From NCBI GenBank assembly GCA_004379165.1, contig NKXK01000031.1, forward strand, positions 215 to 64,214: a DNA stretch of 64,000 nucleotides. The letters run 5' to 3'. A model generated the notes under the pieces. The model had not been told where the DNA came from and ran no database searches. It saw only the letters and a program-made list of their open reading frames with translations. This stretch comes from Rhodocyclaceae bacterium (GTDB taxonomy: Bacteria; Pseudomonadota; Gammaproteobacteria; Burkholderiales; Rhodocyclaceae). The position numbers and the translations under genes were made by a program. This document shows, one piece after another, positions 34,490 to 51,614 of the stretch. How positions within the stretch are numbered: position 1 is the first letter of the stretch; the number at the start of each line of letters is the position of its first letter.

Positions 34490-35389
34490 TTACTTCTTGG
34501 CAGCTGCAGCAGCGGCCTGGGCAGCAACTTCGGCAGCGAAGTCGTCAACCTTCTTCTCGATGCCTTCACCGACCATGTACAGCGTGAAGCTGGCAACGCT
34601 GGCGCCCTTGGCCTTCAGCAGTTGCTCGATGGTCTGCTTACCGTCTTCGGCCTTGACGAACACCTGACCAAGCAGGGTAACGTCCTTCAGGTACTTTTGA
34701 ACGGTACCTTCGGCAATCTTTTCCAGCATCGCTTCCGGCTTGCCGGCTTCGCGAGCCTTTTCGATGGCAACGCGACGCTCGGTGTCGAGCAGTTCGGCTG
34801 AGACACCCGAGGCATCCAACGATTTCGGCTTGGAAGCAGCAATGTGCATCGCCAGATCCTTGCCCAGTTGCTCGTCGCCACCGACCAGATCGACCACGAC
34901 GCCGACCTTGGCTCCACCGTGGATGTAGGAAACCAGCTTGCCCTTGGCTTCGCAACGAACGAAGCGACGGATGGTCATGTTCTCACCTATCTTGCCAACC
35001 AGCGCAGAGCGGGTGGATTCAACGGTACCCTCGCCCATCGGCAGCGCCGACAGGGCGGCGACGTCAGCCGGGTTGTGATCAGCGACCAACTTGGCCGAAC
35101 CATTGGCCAGGGCGATGAACTCGTCGTTCTTGGCTACGAAGTCGGTCTCGCTGTTAACTTCGATGATCGCGCCAGTCTTGCCATCGGCAGCGATGCTGAC
35201 AGCAACGATACCTTCTGCCGCCACACGGGCAGCGGCCTTGGAGGCCTTGTTACCCAGCTTGACGCGAAGAATTTCTTCCGCCTTGGCCATATCGCCATCG
35301 GCCTCGGTCAGGGCCTTCTTGCATTCCATCATCGGCGCGTCGGTCTTGCCGCGCAGCTCTGCCACCATACCTGCGGTAATTGCCGCCAT
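34490..35389 (-). CDS. tsf: Translation elongation factor Ts
   Basis: 299 aa: [42 protein letters not shown].. Confidence 0.97.
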   Translation of the reverse strand: MAAITAGMVAELRGKTDAPMMECKKALTEADGDMAKAEEILRVKLGNKASKAAARVAAEGIVAVSIAADGKTGAIIEVNSETDFVAKNDEFIALANGSAKLVADHNPADVAALSALPMGEGTVESTRSALVGKIGENMTIRRFVRCEAKGKLVSYIHGGAKVGVVVDLVGGDEQLGKDLAMHIAASKPKSLDASGVSAELLDTERRVAIEKAREAGKPEAMLEKIAEGTVQKYLKDVTLLGQVFVKAEDGKQTIEQLLKAKGASVASFTLYMVGEGIEKKVDDFAAEVAAQAAAAAAKK

Positions 35390-35457
35390 ATTCTTTTCTC
35401 CTGAGCTTGTGAAACAGGCGGAGCATGCCGCTCCGCCATTACATCCAGATTTCGGAC

Positions 35458-36204
35458 TTATTCGGCCGCTTCTTCGACTTCGACGAATTCGTCATCGCCG
35501 CCGGCAGCAACGATGTCGGCAACAACCTGGCTGCGACCTTCGAGGATGGCGTCAGCAACGCCGCGGGCGTACAGCTGAATAGCGCGGGAAGAGTCGTCGT
35601 TACCCGGGATGACGTAATCGACGCCATCCGGAGAGTGGTTGGTATCGACAACGCCGATCACCGGGATGCCCAGCTTGCTGGCTTCGGTGATGGCGATCTT
35701 GTGATAGCCGACGTCGACAACGAAGATGGCGTCCGGCAGGCCGCCCATTTCCTTGATGCCGCCGATGGACTTCTGCAGCTTTTCCAGTTCGCGACGGAAG
35801 GTCAGCGCTTCCTTCTTCGGCATGCGATCGAGGTCACCGGCTTCAACAGCCAGTTCCATATCCTTCAGGCGCTTGATCGAGGTCTTGACCGTCTTGAAGT
35901 TGGTCAGCATGCCGCCCAGCCAACGCTGGTCGACAAACGGGGCACCAGCGCGCAGCGCTTCTTCACCGATGATTTCACGGGCCTGGCGCTTGGTGCCAAC
36001 GAAGAGGATGTTGCCGCGATTGGCGGCCAGCTTGCGAACGAAAGCCATGGCTTCGTTGTACTTGACCAGGGTCTTTTCGAGGTTGACGATGTGAATCTTG
36101 TTGCGGGCACCAAAGATGTACGGGGCCATCTTGGGGGACCAGAAACGGGTCTGGTGGCCGAAGTGAACGCCGGCTTCCAGCATTTCGCGCATAGTAACGG
36201 ACAT
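35458..36204 (-). CDS. rpsB: 30S ribosomal protein S2
   Basis: 248 aa: [28 protein letters not shown].. Confidence 0.97.
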   Translation of the reverse strand: MSVTMREMLEAGVHFGHQTRFWSPKMAPYIFGARNKIHIVNLEKTLVKYNEAMAFVRKLAANRGNILFVGTKRQAREIIGEEALRAGAPFVDQRWLGGMLTNFKTVKTSIKRLKDMELAVEAGDLDRMPKKEALTFRRELEKLQKSIGGIKEMGGLPDAIFVVDVGYHKIAITEASKLGIPVIGVVDTNHSPDGVDYVIPGNDDSSRAIQLYARGVADAILEGRSQVVADIVAAGGDDEFVEVEEAAE

Positions 36205-36362
36205 GACAATTTCCTTTTAAGGGTTGAACCGCCACCCGCCGGAAACGTCCGCCATTCTTGGTTTTTGGCGAACACCCTTAATCGGCGGATGTGAGGATTT
36301 GATCGCCTGCACAACGCAGTACGACCATTCCACCTGGCAAAGACGCCAGGAAGAACCCAAAG

Positions 36363-36371
36363 ATTATAGCA
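36363..36371 (-). promoter_or_regulatory. Candidate extended -10 promoter element (TGcTATAAT) for rpsB-tsf
   Basis: Minus-strand reading gives TGCTATAAT about 160 nt upstream of the rpsB ATG, just downstream of the rmlD stop. The -35 (TTCCGG at 17-nt spacing) is weak, so the call depends on the extended -10. Confidence 0.4.
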
Positions 36372-36407
36372 GCATCACCGCCTCTCCGGAAGGCCGCCAA
36401 CGCTGTC

Positions 36408-37319
36408 TCAGTAACCGTTTTTCTTCAGCGCCAGCAACTGCAGCATGCGACCCAGATAAGGTCGCCAGTCGGGCATCTCGAGACCGAAATCCGCCGCCAG
36501 CCGACTGCAATCCAGCCGCGAATTGGCCGGACGCCTGGCCGGCAGCGGATAGGCACTGCTCGGAATCGGCGTAATTGCTTCCGGCATCAGGCTCAGATCG
36601 AACCCGGGCGTGGCTCGCGCCTGACGGACGATCTCCCGCGCGAACCTGCACCAGCTGACAGGATTCGCCGCCGCAAGGTGATAGATCCGGTTTTCGCCCG
36701 CTTTTTGCAGTTCACCGCAGCGCAGCATCGCCGACGCCACGCCGGTCACCGTAGCAATCAGCGCCGCGGGCGTCGGCGCGCCAATCTGGTCATCCACGAC
36801 GTTCAGCGATTCCCGTTCGCCCGCCAGACGCAGGATGGTCTTGACGAAGTTATTGCCCCGCGCACCGAACACCCAGCTGGTGCGGAAAATCAGCGACTTC
36901 CCGCCCACGGCCCGGATCGCCGCCTCGCCGGCCAGCTTGCTCTCACCGTAGACCGACAACGGGGCCACCGCATCATGCTCGACATAGGGCGTCGGCTTGC
37001 GGCCATCGAAAACGTAATCCGTAGAGTAATGCACCAGCAAGGCACCCAGCTGGGCTGCCTCTTCCGCCAGCACTCGGGGCGCCTCGGCATTGATGCGGAA
37101 CGCCAGATCGCGGTCGCTCTCCGCCTGATCGACCGCCGTGTAGGCCGAGGCATTGACGATCAAGCGCGGTTGCGTTGCCCGCACCAGACGGCGGATAGCT
37201 TCCGGGTCGCCCAGATCGCACTCGGCCCGACCGCAGGCAATGAGTGGCCCATAAGGCGCCAGCGAACGCTGCAACTGCCAGCCCACCTGACCATCCTTAC
37301 CCAGCAACAGCGTCGTCAT
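36408..37319 (-). CDS. rmlD: dTDP-4-dehydrorhamnose reductase
   Basis: 303 aa from the ATG at 37319: MTTLLLGKDGQVGWQL..NASAYTAVDQAESD..STDYVFDG..YGESKLAGE..RTSWVF. The ORF-track entry 36408..38153 is a chimera of this gene and the antisense of map. Confidence 0.88.
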   Translation of the reverse strand: MTTLLLGKDGQVGWQLQRSLAPYGPLIACGRAECDLGDPEAIRRLVRATQPRLIVNASAYTAVDQAESDRDLAFRINAEAPRVLAEEAAQLGALLVHYSTDYVFDGRKPTPYVEHDAVAPLSVYGESKLAGEAAIRAVGGKSLIFRTSWVFGARGNNFVKTILRLAGERESLNVVDDQIGAPTPAALIATVTGVASAMLRCGELQKAGENRIYHLAAANPVSWCRFAREIVRQARATPGFDLSLMPEAITPIPSSAYPLPARRPANSRLDCSRLAADFGLEMPDWRPYLGRMLQLLALKKNGY

Positions 37320-37433
37320 CGCCCCATGCTCCAAAAGCAGAGTGCGAAGTATGCCACCGCCGGCGCTCCCCGGTTTTGAGAATGACCGTGCATCATTTAT
37401 CCTTCGCCCTTCCCCAACGCACCAAGATCCGCC

Positions 37434-38234
37434 ATGAGCATTACCATCAAGACCCCGGAAGAAATCGAGAAAATGCGCGTCGCCGGGCGTCTCGCCAGCG
37501 AAGTCCTGGACTACATCGCCCCCTACGTCGTTGCCGGCGTCACCACCGAACAACTCGACAAGCTCTGCCACGACTACATGGTTGACGTGCAGCAGTGCAT
37601 TCCGGCGCCGCTCAACTACGCGCCGTCCGGTTACAACCCCTACCCCAAGTCGATCTGCACCTCGGTCAACCAACAGGTTTGCCATGGCGTTCCGGGTGAC
37701 CGCATACTGAAGAACGGCGACATCATCAATCTCGACATCACGACCATCAAGGACGAATACCACGGCGATACCAGCCGCATGTTCATCGTCGGCGAAGGCT
37801 CGATCCAGGCCAAGCGCCTGTGCGAAATCACCTTTGAATGCATGTGGCTCGGCATTTCGGTCGTCAAACCCGGGGCCTACCTCGGCGATATCGGTGCAGT
37901 CATCCAGAAACACGCCGAGAAAAACGGCTACTCGGTCGTGCGAGAGTTCTGTGGTCACGGCATCGGTAAGAAATTCCACGAAGACCCGCAGGTACTGCAT
38001 TACGGCAAGGCGGGCACCGGACCGCGCCTGGAACCCGGCATGATGTTCACCATCGAGCCGATGATCAATGCCGGCAAGGCGGCGATCCGCGAAATGGCGG
38101 ACGGCTGGACCATCGTTACCAAGGATCGTAGTCTGTCCGCTCAATGGGAGCATACGCTGCTGGTCACCGAAACCGGGTACGAAGTGATGACGCTTTCGAG
38201 CGGCTGCCGACCCAAACCGGACTGGATTCAGTGA
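37434..38234 (+). CDS. map: Type I methionine aminopeptidase
   Basis: 266 aa: [25 protein letters not shown].., metal ligands in [35 protein letters not shown]. Confidence 0.96.
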   Translation: MSITIKTPEEIEKMRVAGRLASEVLDYIAPYVVAGVTTEQLDKLCHDYMVDVQQCIPAPLNYAPSGYNPYPKSICTSVNQQVCHGVPGDRILKNGDIINLDITTIKDEYHGDTSRMFIVGEGSIQAKRLCEITFECMWLGISVVKPGAYLGDIGAVIQKHAEKNGYSVVREFCGHGIGKKFHEDPQVLHYGKAGTGPRLEPGMMFTIEPMINAGKAAIREMADGWTIVTKDRSLSAQWEHTLLVTETGYEVMTLSSGCRPKPDWIQ

Positions 38235-40792
38235 AAGCCATCGACGTCACGGGGCTACGGGCCGAGGTCAAGGCCGGCCAGAACGCACTGCAAGCTGCCT
38301 ACGCCGCGAACAACGACGCAGCCGGGCTGCTGTGCGAACGCAGCCGGCAGGTCGACAGCGTCCTGAAAAAGCTCTGGCAGATTTTCGACTTCCCCGCCTC
38401 AATGGCGCTGGCGGCCGTCGGCGGTTACGGTCGCGGCGAACTCTTCCCAGCCTCGGACATCGATCTTCTCATCCTGCTGCCGCAGACGCCCAGCGCACTA
38501 ACCCAGGAAAAACTCGAGCGTCTGGTCGGCTGTTTCTGGGACATCGGCCTGGAAATCGGCCACAGCGTCCGCACCGTTCAGGAATGCCTGAATGAAGCTG
38601 CCGGCGACATCACGGTTCAGACCGCACTCATCGAAGCCCGACTGCTCACCGGTAACGAAAAGCTGTTCAGCACTTTTCAGAAACGCCTGCGCGGCAATCT
38701 CGACCCGCTGGTCTTCTATGAAGCCAAGCGCCTGGAGCAGCGCGAGCGTTACCTGCGTTTCAACGAAACTCCCTTCAGTCTGGAACCGAACTGCAAAGAG
38801 GCGCCGGGTGGCTTGCGTGATCTGCAGGTCATTTTCTGGATCGCCAAGGCCGCCGGCTTCGGCAATGACTGGGCGTCGCTGGCCAATAACGGCATTCTGA
38901 CCGAGGATGGCGTCGCCCAGGCTCGGCAGTGTGAAGACTATCTGACGCATCTGCGCATCCGCCTCCACCTGCTGCTCGGCCGCCGTGAGGACCGCCTGCT
39001 TTTCGACTACCAGAACACCTTGGCCGGCAAGTACGGCTTCGTCTCGAACGACGCCAAGCGCGCCTCCGAGCAGTTGATGCAAGAGTATTACCGCAATGCC
39101 AAGGCAGTGACGCTGCTCAACACCATCCTGCTGCAAAACATAGGTGCGGCGCTGGCACCAGAGAACGAGCAGCTACCACAAGCCCTTGACGACGATTTCC
39201 AGTCAGTCGGCGCACTGCTCGATATTCGTGACGAAGACCTGTTCCAGAAAAAGCCGTCAGCCATTTTCGACAGCTTCAAGGTCATGCAGGAAAGCCACGA
39301 ACTGCAGGGCATGACGGCCCGCACCCTGCGCGCACTGTGGCGTGCGGGGGCGCAGATCACGTCCGAATTCCGGGGCGACCCAGCGCACCGCGCCGCCTTC
39401 CTGTCGCTGCTGCAGTCCGACCGCGGCATCGTCCATGAATTCCGGCGGATGAACCAACTCGACATCCTCGGCGCCTACCTGCCCAACTTCGGCCGTATCG
39501 TTGGCCAGATGCAGCACGATCTTTTCCACGTCTACACCGTCGACCAGCACATCCTGCAGGTCATGCGTAATCTGCGCCGTTTCACGATGAGCGAATACGC
39601 CCACGAGTATCCGCTCTGCTCGCGTATCGTCAGCGAACTTGACCGGCCGTGGCTGCTCTATATTGCCGCCCTCTTCCACGATATCGCAAAGGGCCGCGGC
39701 GGGGATCATTCCGAACTCGGCACGGTCGATGCCCGTGATTTTTGCACCAATCACGGGTTGACCGCAGAAGATACCGAACTCGTCGTCTGGCTGGTCCAGA
39801 AGCACCTGATCATGTCGACGGTGGCGCAGAAGGAAGACCTGACTGACCCGGATGTCATTGCCAATTTTGCCGCCATGGTCGGAGACACCCGTCACCTGCA
39901 GGCACTGTACCTGCTGACCCATGCCGATATCCGCGGCACCAGCCCCAAGGTCTGGAACCAGTGGAAAGGCAAGCTGCTCGCTGACCTTTACTACCAGACG
40001 CTGAATTACCTCAATCAGGACGAGGTACCTGCGGCGCACGGCATCATTGCCGAACGTCAGACCGAAGCCATGCGCCTGCTGCGCTTCTTCGCCCTCTCCG
40101 ATACGGTCCATGAGCGTCTGTGGAAACAGCTCGATACCGTCTATTTCCTTCGCCACTCGGCGGAAGAAATCGCCTGGCACACGCGCTCGCTGCATTACCG
40201 CATCTTCAACAACCAGCCCGTCGTCCGCGCGCGGCTGCACAGCGATGGCGAAGGTCTGCAGGTCATGGTTTACACGCAGGATCAGCCGGACCTGTTCGCC
40301 CGCATCGTCGGTTTTTTCGCCCGCACCGGCTACAGCATCGTCGACGCGAAGATTCACACCACGGCCCACGGCTATGCGCTGGACAGCTTTGTCGTCCTCG
40401 ATGTAGAAGACCGCGAAAACAACCGCGACATGCTGGCCTACATCGAGCACGAACTGGAAGACCGCTTGATCCACCAGTTGCCACCGGATGTGCCAACGCG
40501 CGGCCGCGTGTCACGTCAGGTGAAGCACCTGCCGATCAAGCCCGAAGTCATCATCCGCGGCGACGAAAAGGGCGCGCACTTCATCCTGTCGCTGGTCGCT
40601 GCCGACCGCCCCGGCCTCCTTTACTCGGTTGCCAACATCCTCGCCGAACACGGCGCCAACCTGCACACTGCCAAGATCACTACGCTGGGCGAACGGGCGG
40701 AAGACGTTTTTCTGGTCAGTGGTGGCGACCTGCGCGACAGCAGTAACCGCATCCGGCTCGAGACCGAACTGCTCGACACCCTAAAAGTCTGA
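38231..40792 (+). CDS. glnD: [Protein-PII] uridylyltransferase / uridylyl-removing enzyme
   Basis: Motifs: [21 protein letters not shown] nucleotidyltransferase motif, HD domain ([14 protein letters not shown]), two C-terminal ACT domains. Start ambiguous: GTG at 38231 (GTGA overlap with the map stop) or ATG at 38144 (91-nt overlap with map). Confidence 0.92.
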   Translation: MKAIDVTGLRAEVKAGQNALQAAYAANNDAAGLLCERSRQVDSVLKKLWQIFDFPASMALAAVGGYGRGELFPASDIDLLILLPQTPSALTQEKLERLVGCFWDIGLEIGHSVRTVQECLNEAAGDITVQTALIEARLLTGNEKLFSTFQKRLRGNLDPLVFYEAKRLEQRERYLRFNETPFSLEPNCKEAPGGLRDLQVIFWIAKAAGFGNDWASLANNGILTEDGVAQARQCEDYLTHLRIRLHLLLGRREDRLLFDYQNTLAGKYGFVSNDAKRASEQLMQEYYRNAKAVTLLNTILLQNIGAALAPENEQLPQALDDDFQSVGALLDIRDEDLFQKKPSAIFDSFKVMQESHELQGMTARTLRALWRAGAQITSEFRGDPAHRAAFLSLLQSDRGIVHEFRRMNQLDILGAYLPNFGRIVGQMQHDLFHVYTVDQHILQVMRNLRRFTMSEYAHEYPLCSRIVSELDRPWLLYIAALFHDIAKGRGGDHSELGTVDARDFCTNHGLTAEDTELVVWLVQKHLIMSTVAQKEDLTDPDVIANFAAMVGDTRHLQALYLLTHADIRGTSPKVWNQWKGKLLADLYYQTLNYLNQDEVPAAHGIIAERQTEAMRLLRFFALSDTVHERLWKQLDTVYFLRHSAEEIAWHTRSLHYRIFNNQPVVRARLHSDGEGLQVMVYTQDQPDLFARIVGFFARTGYSIVDAKIHTTAHGYALDSFVVLDVEDRENNRDMLAYIEHELEDRLIHQLPPDVPTRGRVSRQVKHLPIKPEVIIRGDEKGAHFILSLVAADRPGLLYSVANILAEHGANLHTAKITTLGERAEDVFLVSGGDLRDSSNRIRLETELLDTLKV

Positions 40793-40798
40793 TCAAGT

Positions 40799-40826
40799 GC
40801 CGCACTGGTCACTGTGCCAGTGCGGC
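40799..40826. terminator. Stem-loop between convergent glnD and the MTAP-family gene
   Basis: 10-bp stem GCCGCACTGG / CCAGTGCGGC with an 8-nt loop. No clear U-tract on either strand. Confidence 0.3.
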
Positions 40827-40854
40827 GGTGAAACTGCAGGCATGAGCCCGCCGC

Positions 40855-41625
40855 TCAGACCGACATACCAAGAGGTGGGCAATTGTTCTGGCAACCGACC
40901 AGCTTCTCGATGATTGCACGCACCCTGCCCATCGCCGATTGCAGCACCGGCTCCAGGCTTTCGAAATGGATGCCATTGGAGCTGCTGCCCCGTCCAGCGG
41001 CATGGTTGGCCACCACGTTGATCGCCGCATAGGGCAAACCCAACTCACGGGCCAGTGCAGCCTCAGGCATCCCGGTCATGCCGACCAGATCAGCACCATC
41101 CCGCTCCAGGCGATTCACTTCCGCCGCTGTTTCCAGACGAGGCCCCTGCGTCGCTGCATAGACGCCATCGAGCTTGACCTTGATGCCGAGCAAAGCCGCC
41201 GCATTGCGAATTTCCCGACGCAGGTCAGCATCGTAGGGCTCGGTAAAGTCGATATGCGTCACCGGCCCGCCGACGCCATCGAAGAAGGTCGATTTACGTC
41301 CCCAAGTGTAGTCGATGATCTGGTCCGGCAGAACGATATCGCCCGGCTGCAGGTCGCCGCGAATGCCGCCAACCGAGGCAACGGAAATCACACCGGTCGC
41401 TTTGTGATGATGCAGCGCCCACAGGTTGGCACGGTAGTTGACCATGTGCGGCGGAATGGTGTGACCGTAACCGTGGCGCGGCAGGAACATCGCCGGTTGG
41501 CCGCAGATCTGACCAAAAACCACCGCACCGGAAGGTTCGCCAAACGGGGTCCGCACTACTTCACGATGCGAGACGTCGAGATTGGACAGCGTTGTCAGTC
41601 CACTGCCACCGATGATTGCCAGCAT
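40855..41625 (-). CDS. mtnP: S-methyl-5'-thioadenosine / S-methyl-5'-thioinosine phosphorylase (PNP/MTAP family)
   Basis: 256 aa: MLAIIGGSGL..FLPRHGYGHTIPPHMVNYRANLWAL..VGGI..GPRLETAAE..GADLVGMTGMPEAALARELGLPYA. MTA versus MTI specificity cannot be read from the sequence by eye. Confidence 0.85.
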   Translation of the reverse strand: MLAIIGGSGLTTLSNLDVSHREVVRTPFGEPSGAVVFGQICGQPAMFLPRHGYGHTIPPHMVNYRANLWALHHHKATGVISVASVGGIRGDLQPGDIVLPDQIIDYTWGRKSTFFDGVGGPVTHIDFTEPYDADLRREIRNAAALLGIKVKLDGVYAATQGPRLETAAEVNRLERDGADLVGMTGMPEAALARELGLPYAAINVVANHAAGRGSSSNGIHFESLEPVLQSAMGRVRAIIEKLVGCQNNCPPLGMSV

Positions 41626-41627
41626 GT

Positions 41628-42329
41628 TCAGGCCTTTCTGTGCGCCAGCAACGAGGCCAGCGTCGGAACGACGCTTTTCAGCGCCGGATGTTGGGGTCGC
41701 CCGCGGGCGATTTCAACGACATTGTCGCCCAGCTTGCGGTAAAGCGCATGCTGGCGCTGGCCAGAAAACGGCAAGCCGGCCAGGGTTTTGTCGTTGTGGT
41801 AACGGACCAGGGTGTCGCGGCCGATGTCCTTGGCCTGCCAGGGAATCGCCGTTCGGTCGACAATGTGCAAGGCGCTCACGGCCGGGATTCGTGCGGCGAG
41901 TTCCGCCACTGCACGATGGGTGTTCTCGCGGTAGGTCGCCACCGCCATCCCGCCGTCACCGGCACGGGCGCCAGTGACATCAGCCGGCGCGCCCATCAAC
42001 CAGCAGACCACAGTATCGGGCGCGAACTCGGCAATCTGCGAATACTGGTCCGTATCAAGTGCCGAGACATCGGCTTGCAGCAGCTGAACCGGCTCACCAG
42101 CAACCCGAGCCTTCGTCGCCGCCAGACATTCGGGCAGCACATCGATCGCCAGCACCTGCAGCCCGCGTCGCGCCAGCGCCTGCGTCGCAAAGCCGATACC
42201 GCAGCCGATATCGAGCACCCGTTTTCCCGGCACCAACGAGGCCATCCATTCGTAATCGCCGCGACGGACGTAAGCCTGTCCTTCATCCTCCCAGTACGCG
42301 ATGAACTCGGCCACCGTAGCACCGCTCAT
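41628..42329 (-). CDS. Class I SAM-dependent methyltransferase, substrate unknown
   Basis: 233 aa with SAM motif I VLDIGCGIGFATQALARRG and post-I LAIDV. ATGA overlap with the hpt stop and 2 nt before the mtnP-like start. Confidence 0.75.
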   Translation of the reverse strand: MSGATVAEFIAYWEDEGQAYVRRGDYEWMASLVPGKRVLDIGCGIGFATQALARRGLQVLAIDVLPECLAATKARVAGEPVQLLQADVSALDTDQYSQIAEFAPDTVVCWLMGAPADVTGARAGDGGMAVATYRENTHRAVAELAARIPAVSALHIVDRTAIPWQAKDIGRDTLVRYHNDKTLAGLPFSGQRQHALYRKLGDNVVEIARGRPQHPALKSVVPTLASLLAHRKA

Positions 42330-42874
42330 GCATCATCCTTCATGGCATAGATCGCCGGCAGATTGCGCCAGGCATTGTCAACATCCATGCCATAGCCGAA
42401 GACAAAGCGGTCGGGAACGGTCAGACCGATGAAATCCGCATGGATCGGCTTCTGTTTGCCATTCAGCTTGTCGGCAAACACTGCCAGCAGCACCTCTGCC
42501 GCACCGAGGCGGATCAGGCTATCTTTGACCGCCGCCAGCGTCACGCCTTCATCAAGAATGTCATCGACCACCAGCACGGTGCGTCCCTTGACCGGCGTCC
42601 ACGGCGCCATACGCCAGGAAATCTTGCCCCCCTGTGTTTCCGGTCCGTAACGGGTGGCATGTAGATAATCGAAATCCAACGGGAAATCGAGTTTTGGTAG
42701 CAGTTGACCGCAGAAAATGACGCCCCCGGACATTACGCACAACACCAGAGGATTCTTGTCGGCCAGTTGTGTTCGGATCTTGCGGGCGACGACCTCGAGC
42801 GCTGCGTGGACGGCATCAGCGTCATGCACGACTTCGGCATCGGCCAGCAGCTTGCGGGCTTTTTCCTGATCCAT
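42326..42874 (-). CDS. hpt: Hypoxanthine-guanine phosphoribosyltransferase
   Basis: PRPP motif VLVVDDILDEGVTL, FVFGYGMD. The ATG at 42874 (MDQEKARK) is preferred because the 42910 start would overlap galU by 32 nt. Confidence 0.88.
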   Translation of the reverse strand: MDQEKARKLLADAEVVHDADAVHAALEVVARKIRTQLADKNPLVLCVMSGGVIFCGQLLPKLDFPLDFDYLHATRYGPETQGGKISWRMAPWTPVKGRTVLVVDDILDEGVTLAAVKDSLIRLGAAEVLLAVFADKLNGKQKPIHADFIGLTVPDRFVFGYGMDVDNAWRNLPAIYAMKDDA

Positions 42875-42878
42875 CGCA

Positions 42879-50577
<7,699 letters not shown>

Positions 50578-50687
50578 GCGCTGGATCAGCAGAGGCCCAT
50601 GCCCCTGCCATGAGTGGGGCCGTATAATAGCATCGTCACTGCCGCCCGCCCGGCAATGGCCGTGTTCCGCTCAAGCAGGAGATCGCG

Positions 50688-51161
50688 ATGACCCAGGATG
50701 ACCGCTTCCTCGCCCGCGCCATCGAACTGGCCGCCACCGGCAGTCGTCGCGGCGATGGCGGACCTTTCGGCGCTGTTATCGTCCGGAACGGACAAATCAT
50801 CGCCGAAGGCTGGAATCGCGTCGTCGCCAGCCACGACCCGACCGCACATGCCGAAATCGCCGCCATTCGAGATGCCTGCCAGCGTCTCGGACAATTTCAT
50901 CTTCCCGGTACCGTGCTCTATGCATCGAGCGAGCCCTGCCCGATGTGCCTGTCGGCCGCCTACTGGGCGCGCGTCGAGCGCGTCGTTTTTGCCAACAGCC
51001 GCGCCGAGGCAGCAGCCATCGGCTTTTGTGACGACCGCCTGTACGACGAACTGAACCGGCATTTTTCAGCCCGCAGCATGGTCATGGAACATCTTCCGCT
51101 GCCGGGTGCTCTTGACCCCTTAAGAGAATGGGCGGCGCGCGAGGACAAAATCGCCTACTGA
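50688..51161 (+). CDS. guaD: CDA-fold nucleoside/guanine deaminase (B. subtilis GuaD-like)
   Basis: 157 aa with zinc motifs HAE (PTAHAEIAAI) and PCPMC. The overall length and the GGPFGAVIV N-terminal motif resemble GuaD as I recall it. Substrate not certain. Confidence 0.75.
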   Translation: MTQDDRFLARAIELAATGSRRGDGGPFGAVIVRNGQIIAEGWNRVVASHDPTAHAEIAAIRDACQRLGQFHLPGTVLYASSEPCPMCLSAAYWARVERVVFANSRAEAAAIGFCDDRLYDELNRHFSARSMVMEHLPLPGALDPLREWAAREDKIAY

Positions 51162-51171
51162 GCGCATTTCG

Positions 51172-51555
51172 TCATCGTGTGCGCTCAACCCGAAATTTCA
51201 GCGAATTTCCCTTCACGTCCTCACCGCTTCCCTCAAAGGCCCGGCAACTGAGCGCCTGCCAGCGAATGCGGTATTGACGCCCGTCGCTGCATTGCAGATG
51301 GCCGATGCCGGCTTGCCCGGCGCAATCAGCGTCGGCTTCAGCATCAGGTGCAGGAAGGGCGAAACCATCGCAGTACAAGCCGCGTTCCGGTTGATTCAGC
51401 GCAAAACGGCCACCGCCACTGCCGATATCCGGAAACCCCTTGCCCCACAGTTCTCCCGACACGTCACTCATTGTTGCTCGCGCTTGATAGCCAAAGGCGC
51501 AGCCGCCCAGCATGAGAATGGACAGGCACAGCAGGCCGGCGCAGGCAGGTTTCAC
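51172..51555 (-). CDS. Small Cys-rich lipoprotein, function unknown
   Basis: 127 aa with lipobox LMLGGC after a hydrophobic signal peptide. Five further Cys residues follow in the mature part. Confidence 0.6.
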   Translation of the reverse strand: MKPACAGLLCLSILMLGGCAFGYQARATMSDVSGELWGKGFPDIGSGGGRFALNQPERGLYCDGFALPAPDAEADADCAGQAGIGHLQCSDGRQYRIRWQALSCRAFEGSGEDVKGNSLKFRVERTR

Positions 51556-51614
51556 AAGGCAGTTCCGTTTTTTTCAGCGATAATTCCGATTTTGACACCC
51601 ATTCGACGTCCGAC

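Noticed and set aside
37320-38153. Upstream 278 codons of the 581-aa ORF 36408..38153, which could suggest a large fusion protein ending in RmlD.
   Set aside because: This part is antisense to map, which has all its metal-ligand motifs. RmlD homology starts at the internal ATG at 37319 (MTTLLLGKDG), giving a normal 303-aa enzyme.
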